Of a stretch of DNA of 64,000 nucleotides, positions 40,027 to 48,553 are shown in pieces. Source of the stretch: a virus (taxonomy: Duplodnaviria; Heunggongvirae; Uroviricota; Caudoviricetes); the IMG/VR virus record IMGVR_UViG_3300031555_002573, positions 44,572 through 108,571 of that record, one strand, 5' to 3'. Each line of letters starts with the position of its first letter. Positions within the stretch are counted from its first letter, which is position 1. Under the pieces are notes generated by a model, which saw nothing but the letters and a program-made list of their open reading frames with translations, was not told the origin of the DNA and made no database searches. The translations under genes and the position numbers were made by a program.

Positions 40027-40498
40027 TGGCCCAGGCGTTAGACTTGTAGTGTGGTGTCAAGGGTGTTCCATCAGATGTGAAGGTTGCCATAATCCTGAGA
40101 CTTGGGATATGTTTGGTGGCAGAGAGATGACATATGGTGACATTGAGGAAATTATACAATACTTAAATAATGATTATGTGTCAGGTATAACATTTTCAGG
40201 TGGACATCCTCTTGAGCACTACAACATAGACTATGTAGAGTGCCTTGCACAATTAGTAAAAAGGAGATGCCCAGGTAAGACAATATGGTTATACACAGGG
40301 TTAGAGCTTGATTACAAGAAGATAATCAATGACAGCAAGTTGCTAAGTTGTTTAAGTTTTTGTGATGTTGTCGTAGATGGGCCTTATGTTCAATCTCTAC
40401 GAGATACTAGATTGGCTTTTAGAGGCAGTTCAAATCAAAGATTGATTGATATATCGGAAACATTAAAACAGAAAAAGATAATACTATGGAAAGAATAA
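39989..40498 (+). CDS. nrdG: anaerobic ribonucleotide reductase activating protein NrdG (radical SAM)
   Basis: CQGCSIRCEGCHNPETW cluster. Confidence 0.75.
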   Translation: MRIAKIEKDSLNNGPGVRLVVWCQGCSIRCEGCHNPETWDMFGGREMTYGDIEEIIQYLNNDYVSGITFSGGHPLEHYNIDYVECLAQLVKRRCPGKTIWLYTGLELDYKKIINDSKLLSCLSFCDVVVDGPYVQSLRDTRLAFRGSSNQRLIDISETLKQKKIILWKE

Positions 40499-40522
40499 CA
40501 TAAATTGTTATTCTTTCTTTTT
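40488..40522 (+). terminator. rho-independent terminator
   Basis: agaataacataaattgttattct hairpin followed by ttcttttt. Confidence 0.5.
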
Positions 40523-40525
40523 ATT

Positions 40526-40559
40526 ATAGTTGACTTTTGATTATATATACTATATAATA
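40526..40559 (+). promoter_or_regulatory. conserved extended promoter
   Basis: tatagTTGACTttt..TATAAT; first of a tandem pair. Confidence 0.55.
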
Positions 40560-40615
40560 CATATAAAAGAAATAGCTCAAATGTGTTATTAATTAAATAA
40601 AATAACTTTATTTAA

Positions 40616-40649
40616 TTAGTTGACTTTTAATTCGAATATTATTATAATA
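40616..40649 (+). promoter_or_regulatory. conserved extended promoter
   Basis: aattagTTGACTttt..atTATAAT. Confidence 0.6.
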
Positions 40650-40684
40650 TATGTGTAGATTATGTAGACAAGGATAATAAGAAA

Positions 40685-40927
40685 ATGAGAGAATTTACAG
40701 TATATGCATTTCATACAAAAACTAAGGATTTTCGTGTTGTGTATGAGTATGTTGAGACAGCTGATGATGCAATGTTGTTGAGTCAGTTGGCTATGGAAAG
40801 AAAGGGCCCTGAAGAAATAATTCTTGTTACACCTGGTAGCAATAAGGGTATAACTAAGTATCCTGAGCTATATAAGAAAGCATTAGAACTTGAGAAGAAA
40901 GTTATTGAGTATATGGAGGAGGATTAA
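40685..40927 (+). CDS. hypothetical small protein
   Basis: Downstream of tandem promoters; 80 aa. Confidence 0.5.
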   Translation: MREFTVYAFHTKTKDFRVVYEYVETADDAMLLSQLAMERKGPEEIILVTPGSNKGITKYPELYKKALELEKKVIEYMEED

Positions 40928-40929
40928 CT

Positions 40930-41274
40930 ATGTATGAGGAAATGAGACTTAGACCTGATGGTGAAATAGTTCGTGTGTACAGTATTACTGGAGATTTGGC
41001 GACTATATGGTGTGAGTCACTGTTTGTTAGGGCGAATCAGGGTTGGAAGCAAGTTAAAGTGACTAAGCTTGTTCCAAAGGAGTATGACTTACATAACACC
41101 GATTTTATAAGTAAGACTCAAGAAGCAAAAGCTAAGAAACGCATGCGCCTTGAGGACGCCACTTGGAAAACAAGTGACGGTCTTTTGTGGCGACACGTTG
41201 ATATTAAAGAAGCAATCCAGCATGAACTTAAACTAATGAATGAAAAGGAGGGGAATGCAAATGAGACGGTATAA
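40930..41274 (+). CDS. hypothetical protein
   Basis: 114-aa ORF. Confidence 0.5.
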   Translation: MYEEMRLRPDGEIVRVYSITGDLATIWCESLFVRANQGWKQVKVTKLVPKEYDLHNTDFISKTQEAKAKKRMRLEDATWKTSDGLLWRHVDIKEAIQHELKLMNEKEGNANETV

Positions 41275-41635
41275 AAATCATAAATCCACAGGCTATGGAG
41301 TTTATGTTCTACTTTTTGTAGTAATTGTAATTGTATTTTGTTTAGCTAATCTAAGTTCCCTTGTAACCAATGAGTACAACAATCTTGTTGTAACAGATAA
41401 ATCGTACTCCGGAAGTGAAGACGGGTTTATTGTATGGATGGAAGATTTAGATGGTACTCAATATGAATTTTCAAACAACGATGTGTGGTTGCGAGGCAAG
41501 TTTGATTCAACTACAGTACAAGGAAATCTGAAAGTTGGCTCTACATATAGAATTAAAACATGTGGCTGGAGAATTCCTTTATTCAGCTGTTATGAAAATA
41601 TCATTGAATATGAATTGATTGAAAGTGAGGATTGA
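41261..41635 (+). CDS. membrane-anchored hypothetical protein
   Basis: AAGGAGGGG RBS; N-terminal TM helix. Confidence 0.5.
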   Translation: MRRYKNHKSTGYGVYVLLFVVIVIVFCLANLSSLVTNEYNNLVVTDKSYSGSEDGFIVWMEDLDGTQYEFSNNDVWLRGKFDSTTVQGNLKVGSTYRIKTCGWRIPLFSCYENIIEYELIESED

Positions 41636-41641
41636 TACATA

Positions 41642-42805
41642 TTGATTATTGATGGTAAGAGAGCACTAGCTTATGTTGCTACTCTAGATGAGATTAAACC
41701 CATTGAGGGTTATGACAGAGTACAACACGGAAGAACTTCTGGTTGGTGGTGTATCATCAACAAAGCGGATGAGATGAACGTTGGGGATAAAATTGTTTAC
41801 TTTGAAGTAGACAGTAAAGTTCCTGCAACAGAGCAGTTTGCATTCTTGGGGAAGCGTAATTACAAGATTAAGACTCTCAAGATGTGTAAAGTACTTAGTC
41901 AAGGTCTTATTATGCCCTTGTCTGCATTTCCACAGTTTAATTATGAAAAGACCTCGGTCGGAACCGATTTGACTGAAGCTCTTGGAGTGAAGTATGCGGA
42001 GGCGGAAGATGAGTCCCGTAAGAACGGTAACCCTAATGCTAAGTATGAGTCGATGAAGGCACGCCATAAAAACCTATTTAAGAAGCCTTGGGCAAAGTGG
42101 ATGATGAAACGAGCTTGGGGTCGTAAAGTAATGTTCTTCTTCTTTGGTAAGAAGAAAGATAACCCTCGTGGGTTCCCATCATTCGTTTCTAGGACAGATG
42201 AAGAGCGAGTTGAGAATCAACCTTGGCGTATCGGTGATGGCAAAGAGTATCTTTGTACTGAAAAACTTGATGGGACTTCTTGTACTTATGCACTTGAGAG
42301 AAAAGGCAGAAATAAGTTTGAGTTCTATGTGTGCTCTCGTAATGTAAGACAAAAAGATGAAACTCAAGAATGTTATCACGACCACAACATATATTGGGAC
42401 TTGGCATTCAAGTATAACATTGAGGAACATCTTAAAGAGTATCTAGATATATTCCCCGACAGAAAATGGGTATGTATTCAAGGAGAAGGCGTTGGAACGG
42501 TACAAGGTAATCCTCTAAAGTTAAAAGAAGATGACTTGTATGTGTTCAACCTCAAAGACTCTTTAAGAGGTAGATACAGTTCTCAAACTGGCAAAAAGTT
42601 CATTGAGGATTGGGGTATGAAATGGGTACCGATTATTGGCATTGTAAAGATGCCTGATACAATGGAAGAACTTAAGGCACAAGCAACTGGACCTTCTCTG
42701 GTAAATCCTGATGTCCTTCGTGAGGGATATGTATATAGAACTCTGGATGGTCAAGAGAGTTTCAAGAATGTTTCAAATGAATATTTACTTAAACATAATG
42801 GTTAA
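41642..42805 (+). CDS. RNA ligase-like nucleotidyltransferase (Rnl1 type) with an N-terminal extension
   Basis: Motif I EKLDGTS (KxDG), EGVG...LKLK, and motif IV REGYVYR followed by FKN. Confidence 0.4.
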   Translation: MIIDGKRALAYVATLDEIKPIEGYDRVQHGRTSGWWCIINKADEMNVGDKIVYFEVDSKVPATEQFAFLGKRNYKIKTLKMCKVLSQGLIMPLSAFPQFNYEKTSVGTDLTEALGVKYAEAEDESRKNGNPNAKYESMKARHKNLFKKPWAKWMMKRAWGRKVMFFFFGKKKDNPRGFPSFVSRTDEERVENQPWRIGDGKEYLCTEKLDGTSCTYALERKGRNKFEFYVCSRNVRQKDETQECYHDHNIYWDLAFKYNIEEHLKEYLDIFPDRKWVCIQGEGVGTVQGNPLKLKEDDLYVFNLKDSLRGRYSSQTGKKFIEDWGMKWVPIIGIVKMPDTMEELKAQATGPSLVNPDVLREGYVYRTLDGQESFKNVSNEYLLKHNG

Positions 42806-42819
42806 AGGAGAAAGATAAA

Positions 42820-43746
42820 ATGGCACTTGGATGGATTTTTGGTTTACTGTTTTTTGCTGCTATGGTTGTAGCATCTGTGTTCTGTGGTATTGGGTACTAC
42901 AAAGCATATGATGCGTATGATGACAATGAAGCAAAGCCACATAAGCGTAAAGGTAATCTATGCCTGCTTACAACTATTGTAATGCTGATTCTGTTCATTT
43001 GTGTACCGTTTAGCTTCCATACTGTTGACACAGGTGAGGTCGCAGTTGTGAAGTTTATGGGTAAAGTAAATGATGTTAAGACTCCAGGTACTTACTGGGA
43101 TTTCTGGATGTTTAATAGTTATCAAACTTATGACGGCAAAGTGCAGAACATTGATATCAACACAGCAGCATATTCTAGTGACGCACAGACAATGACAATT
43201 TCAATGACTTTGCAGTATCAAGTTATGACAGATAAAGTGACTAATATTGCATCCCAGTATGGTTCACTTGACGCGCTGACAACTCGAATCAATTCTATTG
43301 CAACTGAGAAGACTAAATCAGTACTTTCCGGACATAAGGCGATGGATATTATTGCTAATCGTCAGGATATGTCCCCCGCAGTTGAAGAAGCTATTCGTGA
43401 TGCAATCGGTGAAGAGTATTTTGTTAATGTGGTAGCTGTAGTACTGACTGATATTGAATTTAGTGAACAGTTTGAGACCGCCGTTGAAGAGAAAATGATT
43501 GCGGAACAGGCAAAGCTGAAAGCTGACTATGAGAACGAGACTAAGATTGCAAAGGCAGAGGCCGACGCTAAAGCAAAGATTATGGCAGCCGAAGCTGAAG
43601 CAAAAGCTAATGAGCTTCTTGAGAAGACATTGACCGATAAAATTCTTCAAGAAATGTACATCGACAAGTGGGATGGTAAGTTGCCTGATGTTATGACTGG
43701 CGACAACACAGGAGTAATGATTCCTTATTCTGCTGACGAAGAGTAA
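42820..43746 (+). CDS. SPFH/band-7 (prohibitin/flotillin-like) membrane protein
   Basis: N-terminal TM helix; FHTVDTGEVAVVKFMGKV...TPGTYW matches the SPFH domain start; C-terminal Ala/Glu/Lys-rich coiled coil. Confidence 0.5.
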   Translation: MALGWIFGLLFFAAMVVASVFCGIGYYKAYDAYDDNEAKPHKRKGNLCLLTTIVMLILFICVPFSFHTVDTGEVAVVKFMGKVNDVKTPGTYWDFWMFNSYQTYDGKVQNIDINTAAYSSDAQTMTISMTLQYQVMTDKVTNIASQYGSLDALTTRINSIATEKTKSVLSGHKAMDIIANRQDMSPAVEEAIRDAIGEEYFVNVVAVVLTDIEFSEQFETAVEEKMIAEQAKLKADYENETKIAKAEADAKAKIMAAEAEAKANELLEKTLTDKILQEMYIDKWDGKLPDVMTGDNTGVMIPYSADEE

Positions 43747-43803
43747 GTATAGATATTATATTGACAATAAAGAATTAAAACATAAATAAAGGAGATTATA
43801 AAA

Positions 43804-44145
43804 ATGATTAAAGAATTCCCGATTGAAAAATATAAATTTGTCGTTGCCGGCAATAAAATTGTCGCTATTTCCACCTATGCTGGAAAGATTGTTAGAGGTG
43901 TTGCGAAGTGTGACCCCAATGATGTCTTTAACCTTGAAGAAGGTAAGAAGTTGGCAGCCGCACGATGTGATGAAAAAGTAAATTCTCGACGGCTCCGTCG
44001 TGCTCAAAACAATGTTAAGTGGTATAAAGAGCTTATTGAGTATTATAACTCTCAACTGCGAAAGGAACAAGAGTTTGAGCGAGAGGCAAAAGAGGCATAC
44101 AATAAGTCTTGGAATAAACTGGTGAAGATTCAAGGTGAAATGTAA
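43804..44145 (+). CDS. hypothetical protein
   Basis: AAAGGAGA RBS. Confidence 0.5.
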   Translation: MIKEFPIEKYKFVVAGNKIVAISTYAGKIVRGVAKCDPNDVFNLEEGKKLAAARCDEKVNSRRLRRAQNNVKWYKELIEYYNSQLRKEQEFEREAKEAYNKSWNKLVKIQGEM

Positions 44146-44147
44146 TA

Positions 44148-44630
44148 ATGAAATTTGAAAAAATAGGATATCTTCAATTTAAGGCAGATAAGCTTGATGC
44201 TCTTATTGATTATGAGAGCATCAAACTCCCGAAAAGAGCGACAAAATACTCTGCTGGTTATGATATTTATAGCATTAGTGATTTTACGCTACATCCGGGG
44301 GAAACAATTAAGTTGCCTACTGGACTTAAGATGGAAATTGATGAAGACAAATTTCTGTTAATTGCTCCTCGTAGTGGTCAAGGATTTAGTTACAAGGTAC
44401 AACTATACAATACTGTTGGTGTAATTGATTCAGATTATTATAATAATAAGAACAATGATGGTCACATTTGGGTAAAGTTGTACAATGATTCTCCTGAGGG
44501 TAAAGTGCTTGAAGTACATAAAGGGGATGCCATTTGCCAAGGAATTATTCTTCCCTATTATAAAGTAGAGGGTGACATTTCACATGAGGAGCGAGAAGGT
44601 GGATTTGGGTCTACTTCGAGTATGATTTGA
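44148..44630 (+). CDS. dut: dUTPase
   Basis: AGYDIYS, PRSGQG, GVIDSDY and REGGFGSTS motifs. Confidence 0.75.
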   Translation: MKFEKIGYLQFKADKLDALIDYESIKLPKRATKYSAGYDIYSISDFTLHPGETIKLPTGLKMEIDEDKFLLIAPRSGQGFSYKVQLYNTVGVIDSDYYNNKNNDGHIWVKLYNDSPEGKVLEVHKGDAICQGIILPYYKVEGDISHEEREGGFGSTSSMI

Positions 44631-44654
44631 GAATAATCAAGGGGTTAATGTGTA

Positions 44655-44876
44655 ATGACTTATGAAATTCCAATGACTGTAAAAGAGTGGTTTGATGCAT
44701 ATTTTTGTTCTAACTTTGAAGATTTTAAAGTATTCACGGGTGGAATTATTTATATGATTGAAAAGTCAGGACAAATGACTTTGATATTTATTGAAGCACT
44801 AGAGGACCTTACAAAATACTATAATAAAAATGTTGTACAAGTTGATGGGTGTAATAGATTAATTTTCAAGGAATAA
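44655..44876 (+). CDS. hypothetical small protein
   Basis: GTG start after an AAGGGG RBS. Confidence 0.4.
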   Translation: MTYEIPMTVKEWFDAYFCSNFEDFKVFTGGIIYMIEKSGQMTLIFIEALEDLTKYYNKNVVQVDGCNRLIFKE

Positions 44877-44884
44877 ATATATCA

Positions 44885-45091
44885 ATGACATATAGAGAGT
44901 TATTAAATAAGTTAAGTGATGAAGAGTTTGGGCAAGCAATAATTGATGATGTAGTGCTACACATGTCTTGTAATTGTTCCATAGTTGATGGGAAGCCGGT
45001 TTGTCCATATGAGATAGGGGATTGCTTAAAATGCGTTGTAAGACTATTGTCCTCTGATGTAGATGATATAGAGGCCATAAATAGTCTATAA
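44885..45091 (+). CDS. hypothetical small Cys-containing protein
   Basis: 68-aa ORF. Confidence 0.4.
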   Translation: MTYRELLNKLSDEEFGQAIIDDVVLHMSCNCSIVDGKPVCPYEIGDCLKCVVRLLSSDVDDIEAINSL

Positions 45092-45121
45092 TTAAAAAAA
45101 ATTATTTTACTTTTATTAAAA

Positions 45122-45156
45122 AATAGTTGACTTTTAGAGTTTTTTGTAGTATAATA
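45122..45156 (+). promoter_or_regulatory. conserved extended promoter (18-nt spacer)
   Basis: aaatagTTGACTttt..gtagTATAAT. Confidence 0.55.
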
Positions 45157-45189
45157 TGAGTACAAACTAAACAAAGGGGACTACATATT

Positions 45190-45402
45190 ATGATGAGCAA
45201 GAAGTCTAAAAGAAATGTTCGACTTGGCTTGATTGTGATAAAAAATGTTCTTAAGTTTTTATACACAATTTCTGCCATAGCGTTGTTGTTATGGATTGGA
45301 TTTTCTATCATAGAAGTGTGGATTCAAAACTGGAATATGTCAAGTGAATCTCCCAATGTATATTCCTCTTTTAATGTGTTTGAAGTCCTGTTCAAAGTGT
45401 AA
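45190..45402 (+). CDS. small membrane protein
   Basis: AAAGGGGA RBS; hydrophobic core; immediately downstream of the promoter at 45126. Confidence 0.45.
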   Translation: MMSKKSKRNVRLGLIVIKNVLKFLYTISAIALLLWIGFSIIEVWIQNWNMSSESPNVYSSFNVFEVLFKV

Positions 45403-45900
45403 GTACATAACTATTAGTAAGATTTATCCGTAGTGAGTATAAAGCCATATCGAGTATGCTACAATGTACAAACTCAAGGAAACGGGAAAGACGATTAGTT
45501 TAAAGTAAGAACGCTGGGTAACAATCGCAGAGATTTCGGTGAGCCTAAGTCCGATATCGTCTGAACCAATAACCATCTGTACAATGGTTGAATTGAGAGT
45601 AGCAGAGTTTAGTGTTCATGGTGTAGAGGTAGCACGCTGGCCATAGAGGGTCGGAGGGTTGGGTTCGAATCCTGATGACACGACCGAAAAGAAAAACTCT
45701 TAAAAGTACAGAGATATGAAAAAGCAAGGTAACAGTATAGAACTTGGTCGGTATAATTAATGAGTGAAAATAATCTATGAAAGTGATTATTAGAAAAAGA
45801 CCGTTGGAAGTGGTTGCAAACACGAACCCAACCCTTGCTCCTAATGGTGAAAGTCCATTAGCGGACACAATTTAAAAATAAATTGTATAAAAATAAATAA

Positions 45901-45935
45901 ATTAGTTGATTTTTATACAAATATGTACTATAATA
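45901..45935 (+). promoter_or_regulatory. conserved extended promoter driving a transcript with no ORF
   Basis: attagTTGATTttt..acTATAAT. Confidence 0.55.
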
Positions 45936-46485
45936 TGTTTGTAAATTGGTTAGGGCCAAGCAGAAAGTAGACCCAAAGAGCTAATAGCTGTCGCCCCCAA
46001 TTTCATATATGCCATTCTAGTAACGGCAATTACTAGTGAGGATGTTGCCGAATCCAAAAGGTTATGCACTCACCACAAGTTAATAGTGCACAGACAGCTC
46101 GCCTGTTGAGGAGTGAAGAACAAGTTGAAGCCCGCATGAAACTTGTCACCAGAATCTGATGGTAAAGAGGAAGGTTAATCGCGGCGGGATATATTGTAGC
46201 GGTGCAAATCCGATATATTCTGGATGGATGCGCTGTGGAATAGACGAGTAGTTGGTTTTCCTAACGGTGAATACAAGCTTGTTTCCACCCAGAATGAATC
46301 CGCCAAGGCGGCGGGAAATTAAGGACAGCAGGAAAGCTCTCGCATTAGTATAGGTGACAATGGAATAACTTGTTCTAATGTAGAAGCCGTAAGTACTCAG
46401 TAATGAGATACGCGGGACTTTGTTGAGAGACAGAGCTTTGGGTAGCCAGTGGGAAAAGCTATCATTTATATATTATTTTATTAAA

Positions 46486-46520
46486 ATAGTTGACTTTTTG
46501 TAGAGTTTGATGTATACTAT
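46486..46520 (+). promoter_or_regulatory. conserved extended promoter (TTGACT, 18 nt, TATACT)
   Basis: aaatagTTGACTttt..tgTATACT. Confidence 0.5.
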
Positions 46521-46670
46521 ATACACAGTTAATATTCCTTTAACAACAGTGGGAAACGAGAACAAGCGGACTCGTGGATGTAGGATGGGTAGGTTTTCTA
46601 CATCAATAATTGTATATAATATTACTAGTGAAGATACAACAAATAGTTAGTGTGCTACTCATATCTATAT

Positions 46671-46757
46671 GCGGGATTGGTGGAATAGGCAGACACAAGG
46701 GACTTAAAATCCCTCGGTGGTGACATCGTATCGGTTCAAGTCCGATATCCCGCACCA
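46671..46757 (+). tRNA. tRNA-Leu(TAA), CCA encoded
   Basis: GCGGGAT/ATCCCGC acceptor; anticodon arm AGGGA-CTTAAAA-TCCCT; long variable arm; T arm ATCGG-TTCAAGT-CCGAT. Confidence 0.8.
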
Positions 46758-46820
46758 ATGTCGAAGTTTGCTAGAGTTCGTCGCGACTTTAACCCTAAAC
46801 TAGCTCTTCCTTTCGTAAAT

Positions 46821-46897
46821 GCAAGAGTAGTTCAACGGGTAGAATATAGTAGCCTTACAAGCACTATCTATTGGTTCGAATCCAATCTCTTGCACCA
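46821..46897 (+). ncRNA. tRNA-like gene with an aberrant anticodon region (possibly a degenerate tRNA-Val(TAC))
   Basis: Perfect acceptor GCAAGAG/CTCTTGC, D arm and T arm ATTGG-TTCGAAT-CCAAT, CCA encoded. Positions 27-43 do not form a 5-bp stem; an ATAGT/ACTAT stem encloses the 12-nt loop AGCCTTACAAGC. Confidence 0.4.
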
Positions 46898-46919
46898 TAC
46901 ATACTGTTTATTATAATAT

Positions 46920-46994
46920 GGCCCGGTGGTCAAGCGGTTAAGACACCGCCCTTTCACGGCGGTAACACGAGTTCGATTCTCGTCCGGGTCACCA
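46920..46994 (+). tRNA. tRNA-Glu(TTC), CCA encoded
   Basis: GGCCCGGTGGTCAAGCGGTTAAGACACCGCCCTTTCACGGCGG...; near-identical to the Bacillus tRNA-Glu. Confidence 0.85.
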
Positions 46995-47524
46995 TAACAA
47001 TGTAGATGCTAATATAGGCGGCGCGAAAAGGGTATAATGAAAAGTTATGCTAGTGGACATGTCGTTACCACCGAGAAGCGGGAACTGCTCCTATGGCTGT
47101 AGGTTCCTTACATTGTTTAGGCACAATAAGGTGTAATGAGCCTGTTGAAGTTGAAATGATATATACTTCTTCGGTACTGATACTTATCATGTGTTGTGTT
47201 TGAGGTTATTCCTACTACCTGTACCATAAACAGGGGAAGAGTTAGAGTGTAGGAACAGAATATGTAGCGTATATACATAAGGTCGCTAATAGATGATAAG
47301 ATTGTACTAACAACAATCTAATGCGCGATGAGTATCAGATATTAGTGGGCTGTATAAACTATAATAACTGAATAGTATGATACGAGGCGGCTGGCCCAGT
47401 AGGGTACATTGAACTAAATCGTAGTGTTAGTTCCTGTTGATAGGATGCGGTGAGGCGATGGCAGACCAACTTAAACTTTTGAAGTGTCTTGGCCATTAGT
47501 AGTTGATTACGACTAAAGTTATTG

Positions 47525-47598
47525 TAGTAGATATGCGGGATTGGTGTAATGGTAGCACAACAGCCTTCCAAGCTGTTGGTGCCAGTTCAAATCTGGTA
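47525..47598 (+). tRNA. tRNA-Gly(TCC), CCA encoded
   Basis: Anticodon arm ACAGC-CTTCCAA-GCTGT; discriminator U. Confidence 0.8.
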
Positions 47599-47632
47599 TC
47601 TCGCTCCAAGTAATTAAAAAATATTTTTTATA

Positions 47633-47665
47633 ATAGTTGACTTTTTGTAAAAAATATTGTATAAT
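47633..47665 (+). promoter_or_regulatory. conserved extended promoter
   Basis: taatagTTGACTttt..tgTATAAT; upstream of the Met-Gln-Ile-Val tRNA group. Confidence 0.6.
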
Positions 47666-47690
47666 ATATAGTGTTCTAAATAATAGATAA

Positions 47691-47767
47691 GGGCCTTTAG
47701 CTCAGTTGGTTAGAGCCCCCGGCTCATAACCGGTCGGTCGTAGGTTCGAGTCCTACAAGGCCCACCA
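47691..47767 (+). tRNA. tRNA-Met(CAT), elongator type (or Ile2), CCA encoded
   Basis: GGGCCTT/AAGGCCC acceptor (G1-C72); loop CTCATAA. Confidence 0.8.
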
Positions 47768-47773
47768 ACAACA

Positions 47774-47849
47774 TTGAGGTGTAGTCCAACGGTTAGGACA
47801 ATGGACTTTGACTCCATTGATGTAAGTTCGATTCTTGCCACCTCAGCCA
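47774..47849 (+). tRNA. tRNA-Gln(TTG), CCA encoded
   Basis: U1-A72 acceptor TGAGGTG/CACCTCA; anticodon arm ATGGA-CTTTGAC-TCCAT. Confidence 0.8.
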
Positions 47850-47983
47850 ACCCACAGTATAGTTGTGTTTAGAATTATTAATTAGAAGCATATCTGATGG
47901 GAAGGATATGCGGAAGGGTACAAAGAAGACTATACCGGATTTGTAAATTAAGTGTCGTTGCTTACCCCTCAACGAATGTACAT

Positions 47984-48059
47984 GCACCACTAACTCAATG
48001 GTTAGAGTACCTGGCTTATATCCAGTTAGTTCGGGGTTCGAATCCCTGGTGGTGTACCA
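47984..48059 (+). tRNA. tRNA-Ile(TAT), CCA encoded
   Basis: Anticodon loop CTTATAT on a CTGG/CCAG stem; T arm CGGGG-TTCGAAT-CCCTG. Confidence 0.65.
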
Positions 48060-48130
48060 ATACGGAAGCTGAAGATTATGGGTTCAGTAGTGTAGGAGTT
48101 TCGGAAGGTTGACTTCTACAGCGTACATAT

Positions 48131-48207
48131 GCGGGATTAGCTCAGCTGGTTAGAGCACCTGCCTTACAAGCAGGGGGTCATTGGTTCGAGTCCAATATCC
48201 CGCACCA
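48131..48207 (+). tRNA. tRNA-Val(TAC), CCA encoded
   Basis: GCGGGAT...CCTGC-CTTACAA-GCAGG...ATTGG-TTCGAGT-CCAAT. Confidence 0.85.
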
Positions 48208-48470
48208 GTTAAATTAGAATAACTGTAATTGAGGGATGGAAAAGTCTAATAGGGTTGAGGTCTTACAGTGTTGTAAGTGAGTCAGCTTGGAGACTCAAGA
48301 GGATGTGGAGAGGTCAGCGTCTAAGTGACACAAGATTAGCTTATGAACGCGTGGTAAATCTTATTGGATGGGGCACTAGATAGGATGTGCTAAGGAGTAG
48401 GAGTAATACCTATGCCTACTGTGTAAATTATAGTTATCTAGTTTAATTTTTAAAGACAATATATTCATAT

Positions 48471-48553
48471 GCCGATGTGGTGGAATGGCAGACACGCCTG
48501 TCTTAGGAGCAGGTACGAAAGTGTGAAGGTTCGAGTCCTTTCATCGGCACCAA
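48471..48553 (+). tRNA. tRNA-Leu(TAG), CCA encoded
   Basis: Loop CTTAGGA; long variable arm; acceptor GCCGATG/CATCGGC. Confidence 0.8.

Noticed and set aside
43760-43800. Putative TTGACA promoter upstream of 43804
   Set aside because: The -10 candidate is weak (TAAATA-like) and lacks the aaTAG extension shared by all confident promoters.
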